Source: Amoebophrya sp. A120
Lineage: Eukaryota > Protista > Dinoflagellata
Reading direction: 5' to 3'
DNA: 39,990 bases
NCBI GenBank assembly: GCA_905178155.1
Contig: CAJINV010000002.1
Span: 2,836,608-2,876,597, forward strand
Within the stretch, counting starts at the first letter, position 1; the number at the start of each line of letters is the position of its first letter. The notes beneath the pieces were generated by a model that was not told the origin of the DNA, searched no databases, and saw only the letters and a list, made by a program, of their open reading frames with translations. Below are positions 13,601-25,000 of the stretch, piece by piece. A program made the position numbers and the translations under genes.

Positions 13601-14874
13601 GAGACGAAATTGAAGGAGATTGTGAACTCGGAAGACGTATCAAATGCAAAAATGTCTGGGTCTGGAAGGATCCGAACTTGTGTGATGCGAGTAGCGGATC
13701 ATACAAAGATCTGTGATGCATGACTGGCAAAAGGTTCTGACTTCTGGCCATTCTGAGAGGGTATTTCTCATGCAGAATAGGCATCACCAAGGGGCTGTAG
13801 AACCTGTCATGCTAGGCCCCGCATTCCAGACTTGAGGGAGCTTGGAAAAACTGCATGACAAACTTGCAGTCTTCCAGACCCAGACATATTTGCAATGCAT
13901 AAGACGCAACGAAGGCCATTTTAACCGTGGACAGGACGTTGTCGAAAGCGACGCTCTACTATCCGCGGAAAAAAAACATCCCCATCGTCCATTTTTTGCA
14001 TGACAAACAAAAAACTCTATACGTGTTTTGCATGACAAATTGGATGAGGATGGGTTTTTTTCTAGGGATATCTACAACTGGTTCTGCGCCTCTTTCACCT
14101 CCGTGTTCGCCGCGCAGGCGATGTTGGCGTCGCAAATCCAGGAAGCAGATTCCGCGTATTTGCACAGGAAGGCCGCGATGATAGTGGCGTCGGTTTTTCC
14201 AGCCTGTCCGTACGAGGCGCATTTTTTGAAGGGCGCGGGCGATTTGGAAGAGGCGCAATTCGTGTTTGGGTGTGTGGCAGGTACTAATTTAGCGGTAGTG
14301 GTTTTATTCAGTGTTTTGCTGTGTTTTTCATGCAGAAGAAACAAAGCGCGCAGTCTTTAGTTTTATCATGCATTGTCATGCTAGAGATACTTACATCATC
14401 ATACGACACGAACTAAACCCAGGTATGAAAGAGCCACAGTTCGTGGAAAGGTATCCGGAGACTAAGGGAAAGAAATACGATCCGACGCCAGTTCTTGAAT
14501 GGGAGACAGTGGATGCGGAAGGTATGAAAAAAGTTCGATTTTGTCATGCGAAACTGTGCATACTAGATTCTTTTGTCATGCAGACAACCACGATCATTTG
14601 CGATGCAAACAAGCAAGCAAAAAGCTCCACACTTGATGTTCTGCAAATCCCTCAAGGTCAACCGCCGTTGTACATCCTCGAAATCCCCGACTGCAAGGAT
14701 TCCTCCACCGCGAAAGTTAGCCTCTCAGCGACGGAACTTTGCATCAAAGTCGACAACAAGAAGGAGCGCTACTGCTGCTTGCCCGTGGACGCGAATTATT
14801 TGCTCGGTGCGGAGCCGGTGGCGAAGTCAAAAACGGAACTGGTGATCACCATGGGAGTGAACCGGGTGATTTGA
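10671..14874 (+). CDS. TPR + SET-domain (SMYD-like) lysine methyltransferase with probable C-terminal CS/PIH1-like domain, ~681 aa, 12 exons
   Basis: Exons 10671-10943, 11080-11623, 11892-12107, 12375-12493, 12656-12720, 12876-12974, 13271-13344, 13557-13637, 13907-13959, 14076-14280, 14423-14521, 14657-14874 (2046 nt). TPR motifs KAEGNGFF, LYSNRAMCHMKL, KAWNRKGQCLMKLG; SET motifs PQKGRGII, GLWLLPSFINHSC, IRAGRDLEVGEELCFTY. GT-AG introns 10944-11079, 12721-12875, 14281-14422, 14522-14656 (the last is in-frame, less certain). Confidence 0.85.
11624..11886. mobile_element. Introner, family A, forward, 263 bp
   Basis: TIR tatgcattgcaaatatgtctgggtctggaagaa / ttcttccagactcacacatatttgcatttgata; DR ccaca. 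Confidence 0.92.
12108..12369. mobile_element. Introner, family A, forward, 262 bp
   Basis: TIR tatgcattgcaaatatttctgggtctggaagaatgc / gcattcttcaagacccagatatatttgcaatgcata; DR gcaga/gtaga; removal brings the SET NHSC motif into frame. Confidence 0.93.
12494..12650. mobile_element. Introner, family B, 157 bp
   Basis: TIR tatgaaatgcaaaagc / tacttttgcaatgcata; DR tggat/cggat; removal restores the frame to GEELCFTY. Confidence 0.88.
12975..13265. mobile_element. Introner, family C, reverse orientation, 291 bp
   Basis: TIR tatcctgagcaaaaa / tttttgctcaggata; DR atgct; interior is the reverse complement of 24747-25025. Confidence 0.92.
13345..13551. mobile_element. Introner, family D, 207 bp
   Basis: TIR tatcgcgagaaaaaactgtgt / acacagtttttttattgcata; DR gacct; colinear with 1037-1248. 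Confidence 0.9.
13638..13901. mobile_element. Introner, family A, forward, 264 bp
   Basis: TIR tatcaaatgcaaaaatgtctgggtctggaag / cttccagacccagacatatttgcaatgcata; DR agacg. Confidence 0.92.
13960..14070. mobile_element. Introner, minimal singleton, 111 bp
   Basis: TIR tatccgcggaaaaaaaacatccccatcgtcca / tggatgaggatgggtttttttctagggata; DR tctac; two internal gcatgacaaa motifs. Confidence 0.88.
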
Positions 14875-15499
14875 AATTATGGTGGAAGGTGCTGGCGCAG
14901 CTTTATCCAGATGTTTATTGTTCTTCACGGAAAATTTAGTTCTACCATCACCATTTTTCTCATGTGGATGTCGAGAATGTACATTTTATCACTCAACGTA
15001 GCGGTTTAGGTTTTTTCTAGAGCCAGTGTCAGTGAGTCTGTGGGAATTAGTGTTTACAGAACCGGGTGGAGGGTCCTCAATGTGTTAATTTAGATACCAT
15101 CGAGCAGCAGGCAAAGTCGAACGTAGCCGCCCTGTTCTAGTGCCTCAACACAACGGTTAAGTCTTTCGTCTATGGTCCACCGCAGGGTTCTTTTTTCCAC
15201 TAAGAATTTTGAACAAGGACAAGGGCCAGACATTGCTGAATATCAAACAGGTTGGGGGGAGTAGATCATACGCAAGAATGAAAAGCGACTGTGAGATAGC
15301 AACTTTCCGAAGCCGCTCCTGTGACAGCTCTTTCCGAAGCTGCTTCTGTGATAAAGATTTTCTTGCGGGCCTGGGGTGGAGTGACCTCCAGCCAGCCAGT
15401 GTTCGTGTCTTCCATTCTGAATTTGCGCCGTGCTTGAGCAGACCGAGCCGCGCATTGCACCACTAAGCGACGCAATAACGGTTTCAGTTTCAGTGTCAG

Positions 15500-16650
15500 A
15501 ACTGGCGCGCCAGGAGCCGGAGCGCAACACGTCGGCGCAAACCCGTCGGCGATAGACGCCACGGCGAGAGCGATTCGACGCGCGTCGGGCAGTGGGGCCG
15601 CAAAAATTTGCGCGCCCTGACTGTGCGGGCGCGCGCGCTGGGGGCGCCGCTGGTGCCCGGGCCCGCGCAAAATTGCGCCGCTTCGCTTTGCGCGAGGCCC
15701 TTGGTGGGAACGCGCCGGGGAAATCATTGCGAGGACGATGCCCGGCGACTTGGGAAAGCACCCGGCCGGCCCTTGCTCGCTCAGGTTCGTGGCCGCGCGC
15801 CCGTCCCACACAGCGGCGGCGCTCGAAGCTTTTAGGCGGGTGGGAAAAGGGGCGCCGCCGGTCGCGCGACGGCGCGGCCGTGCGTAGGCTCCCGGGCGGG
15901 ACGCCGTGCGACTTGGGTGCCTGCCCGTCCGCGGCCCCGGCCGCCTTTGGGCCGCGCGGCGGGTTGCTTTGCGCCGCTTGGGCGGCCCCTCGATTGGCGT
16001 TGTGTCGTGACGTGGCCCGCTGGCGCGCGCGCGGGCGATTTAAAAGGCAAAAGCCTGGCGGTGACCGCGCAAGCGGCGGCAACCGAGCCCCTGCCGCTCA
16101 TGAATCTCCCGCCGGAATACCTGTACGCAGTCGAGCCCGCCGCGAGAATCATCGACGGACCCGGCGGCCGCCGGGCCCGCTCTGGTCTCGGTGCCCCCGC
16201 CCACTTGGGTGGACGGTCGAGGGCCTGGCCGCCCGGCCCCGCCCCCGGCCGCTTCCTTCGCTTTGGGCCGGCGGGATATTAATTCCGCCCCCCGGACCCG
16301 CCGCGCGCGGCCCTGCCTTGTTAGCTTGGCGAGCTTCCCGGGGCGGCTTGGGTGACGCCCCTCCCGCGGGCGCCTTTTTGGGCCCGCCCCCCCGCCCCGC
16401 GACTGTGCTTCTTGTGGCGAGCGTGCGTGCGCCACGGCGGGTGGCGCGTGGCTTCTGAGTTGGGCGCCCCCTTCGTTAGGACGGAGGCAGGTGGCGGCCC
16501 CCGTGCCTGCTCGTGGAGCATACGGACGCCGGCCGCCAATTCGAGACCACGTAAGCAACCAGCACGTTGTGGTGTGGGCGTGGAGAGGCTCAGCGCTGGT
16601 CCGCGCGCAAAGGGCCGTCCGCGCCATTGTCGTCCGTCTAGCGGGACGGG
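15500..16650. other. GC/CpG-rich intergenic island 2
   Basis: Same composition as island 1; lies between the TPR-SET gene and the EF-hand gene; boundaries approximate. Confidence 0.7.
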
Positions 16651-17142
16651 AGTAATGTCCACTGTTGCAACCATCGGTCCAGCTGCCGCTTTCACAAGCG
16701 TTTCTCGGTTCAAAATAGTGTGTTCGTTCGTATTGCCCTTCTGCTCCGCCTCCGCGGCCGGAGATGTTGGATTTTATGAACAAGGGCCATCGACGCAGGC
16801 CTGCTCCTGCGATATTGTCGGTACGTTTTCTCGTTCCGAACGATGAACAAGATTTCTATGGGGGGTGTGGGCGATTTGTTTGTGAAGGTAAGTAAGTGCT
16901 GCATGAAGCTAACTAGAATATTCACATCTAGTTGTATTGATAGTCCTTGTCTTGAGGAGGTTTCCAGCCAGTGTAGGCATTGATTCTTCAGTTCCAACGC
17001 CGGGCGTTTACACTTCTCCGGTGAAGATTCAGTGCTTGTAGAATTTGTTTCGCGAATGCAGGAACACTAAAGCTAGCAAACTGCGTCACATTCATCACAC
17101 AGTAAAAGTGAAAGCCAAAATTACTTCAAAATAAACCTCACC

Positions 17143-19924
17143 ATGCCGTCTTCATCCTCGACAGTTCCCTCCAACAACCCGAATTCCCTCGAGAAACCCC
17201 AACATGTTCCCGATCTGAAAAACCTGATTGACTCCGCCGGCGTGGGCGGACAGCTGTTCAAAAACTTCACTTCGGGAGTTGCAAATAACTCCGGAGGCGG
17301 CTTTATCAAATGCAAAAGTGTCTGGGTCTGCAAGATTCTTGCGAGATTTCTCATGCTGGTCTGGCATCACTCTAAAGTCTGTGTTGCGGGGCCGCGAAGA
17401 GCTCCTCCTCCCTGTCATTCAAAAACGCAGTTTCTCATGCGGAATACGCAACTCAGAACCATGGAAAAAACTTGTCATGCTTGGCAGCGCATTATAGTGA
17501 GTTCACTATTCCCTTTCTTGCATCACAAGCTGCCAGACCCAGACATATTTGCAATGCATAGGCTCTATGGTATCCAAATTGGCGAACTTCAAGGACAACC
17601 TCCTCGCGAAAACAGGCCCGGTCTTCGAAGCGAAGTCGGAGTTCTTCCAGAAGGCGCTGGCAAAGATAGACGCGAATGGAGACTATCAACTGTAAAAATG
17701 TCTGGGTCTGGAACATTCTGACACTTGTCATGCACGTTTTGCATGAGCCCTGATGTCTGTGATGCATGCCCTAGCATCACAGATTTTTTCAGAGCTTCTT
17801 GATGCCTTTTCCGCATGAGAAACGCCCTCTCCGCGTAGCAAAAATTACATTCCTTCTGGTACTCATGCAATACAGATTTTTCTGGAATCCAAGTGCAGCA
17901 TGACAAGTTGCATTCTCCCGGACCCAGACATTTTTACATTTGATAGAGACGGGAACTTGTCCATTGAGGAATTGGAGGACGCCGGGGTGAAGATGGTCAG
18001 GAAGGTGGAGGAAGTGTGGGGACCGGTATTTTAGATAAAGATGTTGTACATATCTATTACTCCCAGAATTGTTTTGCGATTCCAATTTACGCATGACAAC
18101 TTCCTGTTTGTGCGTATGGCATGCAACACAGATTTCAATCCCCTCAGCAAACCCAGCAACATCGGAAATCATGATCAGGTCAAAGCCGCTCTCCACAAGT
18201 ACCAGGACGGGGCTTCCCTTGCGGTGGGTTACCTCGCGGCGTTCTACGGCGGGAATTTCAAGCTTCTCTTCATGGCGTCCAACCTCGCGGGGGGAAGTGA
18301 GGGGGAGTATGCAGTGCAAAAGTATCGTACTCGTATCAATTTCAATGCATTACAACAAATTTCCTCAGCGTGAGAAATGAAATTTGCAATGCTAATTTGC
18401 CTCAGGAACAGAATTTGTAATGCATGATTACAATACGACTACGATACTTTTGCACAGGATAGGGAGGAAGTGCTCGCGACGTTCCGGGAGCTGGTTCGGG
18501 TCAGCGCGGAGGCGAAGCAGAAGTTTAAGGAAAAGCTCGGGCCGGATCACGTCTTGATCCGGACGGAGTCGAAGGCGGAAGATGGTATTATAGGATTTTG
18601 TGTCGAAGAACTTCTTATGTTCGTTGCGGCTTGCCACGTAGGTTAGTTTCGAAGTTTAGCATGACAAAAAATGAGATGTACAACTGCATTACATCCAGGT
18701 TCCAGTCCCGAAGAGCAGGTTGAGTTCGCCAACACAGCGAATAAATCCGGCGACCTTGCTACCGCGACTACAACTACCCCTTTGACGCAGCAGCAGCAGC
18801 AGCAGTTTCCCCGCTCCTCCCTCGCGCTCTCTATCCCGACCAATACCATTATGGCCTTTCTCTCCTGCGTCGAGCCGCACAAACTGATGGAGTGCGTCTC
18901 CTCCGTGTACAAAGCTTTTCTCATCGCTTTGTGTGCGACTTTGAATAACAACGCAGCGAAATTCGGCCTGGGGCTGGCACTGGGGGAGAGGATATCCACC
19001 TTTCTACTCGCGATGATGGATCGGGTGTTGTTGAAAGCGGAGAACGAGGTGGTTTGGCTGGAGAACGGATCTGGCAATAGTGCGGGCGAGGGACAACAAG
19101 ATCCGCACAGCAACACGACATCGAAACTGCACGACATCAAAGATACAACAGCTGCTACGGGCAGCAGGAGGGGGTCCACGGCGAGTCAGGCCAGTGTCGG
19201 GAACAACGACACCAGAAGTAGTGTAAGTGGCAGTCCGATCAAGGTATAGAGACGACTAAGTATGAGTGCTGGGTGCACGATCGTATCTAGAAGTGAGTTT
19301 GGCATGACAATTGTGAACATGCATGACTGATTTTGCATCACAAGTCGTTTTTAGTTGCTTTTACAAGCAGGAATAATTCCTCTCTCAGGTGAAGAAGCTG
19401 CAACTGTCCGACGAGGACAAGGAGGACCTGTTGATCAAGAAATACCCCGGGTGGCAGTGGGTGAAACTGGGTCTGCGCTCACTGTGCTCCACTCTCGGAC
19501 TGTTCCTCTCCTGGCGACTGAAGGACGCGGCGGCGACCTTCTCCGTGTGCCACTGGGGCGGCAGCAGAATTGCGGCGGCCTTGTTCAAGATCATGAAGCA
19601 CAAAGACACGGCGCTGCAGGAAATGGTGGCCTTGGGGATTGGATGGTACTTGAATTTGGAGTGGTTTTTTCTGATGTTGCAGATGATGCATCTTTCCTTG
19701 CGGAAATTTTGTGCATGTTGATTCAAGCAAGGTTCAACAAGGTTGATCAATCTGTCATGCATATATCACATAAACACAGGTATGGCTTCGCGTACCATTT
19801 GCGGCACTTGAACCGACCGAGTTTGCCACTGTTGCTCTCCTTGCCACTACTACCGGTTTCTCTGATGGAGCGAATTTTGCAGGGGATCACGTTGCAAAAT
19901 GAAATAACGACGGCAGGGAGTTAG
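17143..19924 (+). CDS. Uncharacterised EF-hand-containing membrane protein, ~515 aa, 8 exons
   Basis: Exons 17143-17303, 17566-17683, 17951-18025, 18179-18307, 18467-18584, 18699-19243, 19389-19645, 19780-19924 (1548 nt). Canonical EF-hand loop DANGDGNLSIEE forms only after introner removal; several hydrophobic segments; GT-AG introns 18026-18178, 18585-18698, 19244-19388, 19646-19779. Confidence 0.75.
17304..17560. mobile_element. Introner, family A, forward, 257 bp
   Basis: TIR tatcaaatgcaaaagtgtctgggtctg / cagacccagacatatttgcaatgcata; DR ggctt/ggctc. Confidence 0.9.
17684..17945. mobile_element. Introner, family A, reverse orientation, 262 bp
   Basis: TIR tatcaactgtaaaaatgtctgggtc / gacccagacatttttacatttgata; DR gagac; interrupts the EF-hand loop; interior is the reverse complement of 7094-7355. 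Confidence 0.93.
18308..18461. mobile_element. Introner, family B, 154 bp
   Basis: TIR tatgcagtgcaaaagtatcgtactcgtat / atacgactacgatacttttgcacaggata; DR gggag. Confidence 0.92.
18788..18805 (+). repeat. (CAG)6 polyglutamine microsatellite in coding exon
   Basis: Six CAG codons encoding QQQQQQ. Confidence 0.9.
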
Positions 19925-20314
19925 GGTGAAGTCAATTGATCACGGAAGTTTGAGGAAACATAAAAATCATTTGGAAGATGCAAGATGATACATCACGTAT
20001 TTGGAAAAAAGCTCATGTTTCTGTTGAAATAGAAATTGTACTTGTACGATTGTAATGAACGGAGGATAAGTCGAATGCCGAGATTCAAATTTACACCTAT
20101 TGTCACGCACGCCTTTTCGAAAGCTAGTTGCTGCTCGACATGAAAAAGGGCTATATTCGTATTCCCCAAAGTGGTTCTTGTTGCCGCACCGATGTGAATG
20201 CCTAGCAGCTGCTGGCCGTCGCGTCGGAGGATGTCGCCTGCAGTTGTGTTCCCTAGCGAGTAATATTTTGTTGCGGTCCATGTCCGTTGACCATTGATTG
20301 TGGTTTTATCGCTC

Positions 20315-21265
20315 AGCGCAAAGGGGCCGGAAAGGGCTCCAGCAGCTTGAAAGCTAGCGGCTACGGGCGCCAGGCGCAGGCCTTGGGGGCGGGCGCCGTC
20401 TTTTTTGTTTTCGCCCCGAAAGAAACGAAGCGCGACGGCGTTTGCCTATCGCCCGGGCGTTACGTCGGGAAATTGAGCGGCCCGCCGTGAAGCAGAAGAA
20501 GCACGGCGAGACGAGGCGCGCTGCCTGTCTTTGCGAGGGGCGGGCTTCCTGGGTTGGGGTTTGGTTGAGCGACGCGGCGGATGAGCACGCGCGTGGACTG
20601 CTCCACGCATGCCCGCCCGCAGCCGTAGTGCCGGGCAGCCTTTCGGGCAAGACGACCGAAGCGGCGCGGCCCTTGCGCCTGCATGTGGGTGGTCTGATTC
20701 ATCTTTTGGAGCAATGGGCGCCGCGCGCAGGCCGGGCCCAATCGGTTGCAGCCCAGCTGGCCTGCCGGCCGGGCCTGCGGGGGCCGCAATGAAGTCCGCC
20801 GCTCCGCAGACACGAAGTGGACCGGGCGAGCAGGCCTGGCCGGATGGCGCGGGCGCCGGGACGGACGAGATGAAGCGCGAAGCGGGTGAACGACCGGGCA
20901 ATATCAGAACAAAGAAAGGTGACGAGAGCCACGCGGCCACGGTGTTAGCTGCCCCGCGAGTCAGTGCGATGGGCCGCGCGGCTTGTTCTGGCCGGCCCTT
21001 AGCGACTGCCCGGCCCGCCGCGCGCGATGTTTGTAGCGGCCGCCGCCCGGGGCGGCGGCTTCCTTTCGCGCTGCGGCACACCTGGCCAGCCGAAGGGCGG
21101 CCCGCCCGGTCGCTGCCAGGGCGCTTGACCTCCTGACCCGGCTCGGTCGGGCGGCCCCCCTGGGCGTTTTCTATGTCGGGTCTAATGCCCCCGCGCTGTG
21201 GTAGCGCCTGGCCTGCCCTAGTCCGCCTTACTTAGGCTTTTTTGGATGGGGCGCGCGCGCAGGCT
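20315..21265. other. GC/CpG-rich intergenic island 3
   Basis: Same composition as islands 1-2; upstream of importin gene; boundaries approximate. Confidence 0.7.
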
Positions 21266-22073
21266 TCGCTGCCTTTTTCGTTAAAGAAACTCGCCCGAGC
21301 ATAATGAATTGTAGTCGAGTGCGGTGTCGGTGTGGTTCGTTTTGATTTGCGCCAACGTTGTTCAAGGAAGTCAACATGTACATACCTGCAGCGATGTGAT
21401 CCGTTCCAGCGGTTTAGGTTTCCGTGTTCTTGTATGAAGTTGAAAAGATCTAATGGCATTGAAAATGAAATAAATGCGTGACGCAAACTACATCGACCAC
21501 CGGTCCCAAGTAGCCGAAGCGTGGCAGAACAACATTTTATAAAGAAAAATGCGAGAAGAACAACATTAGCACTACGAGCACATTGTAGATGCAGTCAACC
21601 GTACTGCGTATTCATCATGACATTTTCTTACAAGGATCCGTCACGACACACCAGAATGATCAGATCAAAATGCATCTCAGGAAAAACGATCAACACCTTC
21701 TGTAGGACAGAAACAAACTAGAAATGTTCATCACAATGCAAGGCGGTTCTGCAAACATCCCTTCGCTCTCAAGAAATGTTCATGTTGACGTCTCTCTGAC
21801 TCACTACTCGCAACAGGTGCAGGCCACTTTTTAGATTTTCTACTTCAATTCTAGTTTATTCCCATTTAGAAGTTTGCTTCACGACGAGATTATTGCGATA
21901 ACATACTCGTATCAATTTTTTTTTTCCCACTGCCGCATTTCATCTTCCTACATGCTTTCTTTGCTGACTTTGCATCGACCACGAACGCGTAAAAACGTCA
22001 TCTTCTTTTGAAATTATAATCAACTACATCTACAATAAAGCCAGAATTTGCAAATTGCACAAAACGGAACAAA

Positions 22074-25000
22074 ATGTCTGTGGGAAATTTCACCGTCGGG
22101 GAGGAGTATGGGCAGCTGGTCCACATCCTCCGGACCATGCAGTCCTCCACCGACAACAACGCCCGGAAGCAGGCGGAGGCAGCGTACTTATCTAATGATG
22201 ATTTGTGATGCAGAATTGTGAATGACCCTGAGGGTTTGTGATGCATGATTTCATTTCGAAGAAGCTCTGGCATCGCACAAGAAGTTACACCTAAGTGTGT
22301 CATGCGGTGGCCTCATAGTAAATGAGTTCCAAAAAGAACTACGAATCAAAAACAGCTACGGTGCCGCCAAGAAGCAGCCGGATTTTCTGGTGCAGGCTTT
22401 GGTGCAGGTGATCAAGGACGGTGAGGTCGATTTGAAAGATTTATCCTGAGTGAAAACGTCCCGACCCCATATTTGTGATGCATACTTGCATCTGCAGATG
22501 CATCTGTAATGCGCATCCGCATGAGAGCAATCTGAATCTGTACCTGTAGTCGTGTTCATCTGGGATTTGTAATGCTGTAAACAGGATGACCAGGCGTCTT
22601 TGTGATGCGGCTGTCCTTCATAACCAGCGCTACACTGCAGGTCGAAACTTGTCATGCATAATTCCCAAAACTTGGGGACTTGTGTTGCAGATGCACCAGC
22701 GCGGCTATGGGGTCGTGGGGGCGTTTTTGCACAGCATAAGATTACGCCGCGATTCTCCTCCGTCGGTTGTTCCTGCCCGATAAGATATCCTGTGCAAAAG
22801 TATCGTACTCGTACTAATTGCGCATATGCATGACAAATCTCTTTCCTAAGGCAAAATAGCATTACAAATTTCATTTGTAATGCTGAGCTAATTTGTCATG
22901 CGATTTATACTAGTACGATGCTTTTGCATTGCATATAAAATGCTGGACGACAAGGTCGTCTTCGCGGACGCGTCCAACCCGGTCAAACAAGCGTGCACGG
23001 AACAGCTGCTGGAATGCTTCAAGAACCCGGTCGGCCAGCCGGACAGTATAATAAAACGTTTTTTGTCATGCATAGAATGCAAGGCGGAAGGATGATATTT
23101 GTGTTGCGAAAACTCGTATTTTTTTAGAAAAAACATCAAGTCTATCATGCATATACGTCCAACTTAATACAGCTGTCGAAAAGATCCGTCGTCACATTGG
23201 TAACGCGCTCGTGACCCTTGCGGACCAGCACGTGGTCGCCGCCAACGGCGAGGGCGAGAGGAACGAGCAGCAGTGGCCGGACTTGCTTCGGGTGACCTGC
23301 GAGTTAACCACGGTCGAGAACCCGGACACGAAGGTTTGTGCCATGGACATTCTGACGGAATTGCTCCCCATCTACCCCAAGAGCATGAAGAACCTTCAGG
23401 GCCAGATGCACCAGCTGTTGGAACAGTGCTTCGGGAGCGAGAGCGCCAAGGTGCGCAAGACCGCGGTCTTGCTGGTCCTGGGCATGGTCATGAACTTCAA
23501 GGTATGAAAAATTGGACTTTATTTTTCCACCGTGTTTGTGATGCATTACTTTTCCATTACCATTTCAAATTACTTTTCTCATGCATAGTCGAGGTCACAC
23601 TCACACGCACTCGAGAAAAAAATACGGAGAGCATGTTGCAGCACTAGAAGCTTCTTGTCGTGTAGAAACACAGCACCATCTTCTTCACTTTTTTGCGTAT
23701 GATATGACTCAATCCCGAAAACAAACCAAAATCCTATAATCCTATCAGGCAAAGGAGTGGAAGCCCCTCCAGCCCTGCCTTCCGGTCATCATTCGAGTTT
23801 TGGAGAACCTCGCGCAGTTGAAGCAAAACGAATACTTGACGGAGGCTTTGGAGTCTATGACGGAGTGCTGCGAGTACGAGGCGATTTTTTTCAAGCCGGA
23901 AATCACCATGTTGGCGAACTTGTTGGTCCAAATCATCGGTGCCCGGGACAACTTGGAACAGACGCCACGGTATTGATGGATTTAAGTATTTGTGATGCAT
24001 AGCACGAATAACAATAGTTCTGTTGCGAGAATAGACTAAGGGTTATAGAATTTCTTCTTGTCCGGGGAAAGATGAATTTGTCTTGCAGCATTCGCGTCAT
24101 GAATGCGTTCTGTCATGCAAAAAGCAGGTTGAACTTGAAATCCATTTCCACCTCCATATCTACAGATCCGCCGCTTTGGAATTTTTCATCACCCTTGCCG
24201 AGCAGAAGCCGAAGATGTGCATGTCCCAGTGCGCGGACTTCGGTTCTTACCTCATCAAGGCCGCTATGGACTGCATGATGGAGGTTGGCACGATCGAGGA
24301 TGACGGCGCCGACTGGGCGGAGATTATGGACGATGAGGAGGACGACGATGATGACGAACTCTTCAAACTCGGTGGGGAAGTTATCGATCGCGCGATCTCC
24401 GCTCTGTCCATGAAGAAGATCGGCGCGAGCTACTTCCAGGCGATCGGGGTTTACGTGCAAAACACCGCGGACTGGCGGTCCCCGATGTCGGCATTGTCGG
24501 CTGTTTCCGAGGGTGTGGAGTATGTGGAGAAAGATGACCACTTGGACCAATTGATGGATCTCTGTTTGAAACATACCGCACACAGTCATACCCGTGTGCG
24601 CGCGCAGTCCTGGCACGCGCTGTCCCGGGTCTTCGCGGACCACCGGGAGGTCACCGACAGATGGCACAAGCAGTACATGGAGGCGACCTTGCAGGGGTTG
24701 AGCGACCCGGTTCTCCGGGTGCAGACGAAGAACCTGGGGGCGTTCTTATCCTCTGTAAAAACGTCCCCACTCCAGAGTTGTCATGCAGATTTGCAATTGC
24801 AGGAACATTTGTAATGCGCGTCCCCAAGGGAGGCATTTCCGATTGTGTTTTGGCATTTGTAATGCTGCAAACAGGATAAGCAGATGGATTTGTGATGCGG
24901 CTGTCCTTGCTAATATGCACTACACCAGGGACTGCAACTTGTCATGCGTGGCTCCTAAAACTTCTGGATTTGTGTTGCTACGTTCCCAACTTGACTATGG

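Noticed and set aside
11624-14070. CRISPR-like or tandem array suggested by repeats alternating with unique spacers
   Set aside because: Repeats are inverted pairs from different families, the spacers are exons, spacing is irregular and the context is eukaryotic with no cas genes.
21904-21918. tactcgtatcaattt, matching part of the family B TIR, upstream of IPO5
   Set aside because: No partner TIR, DR or internal motifs were seen; may be chance or an unprovable relic.
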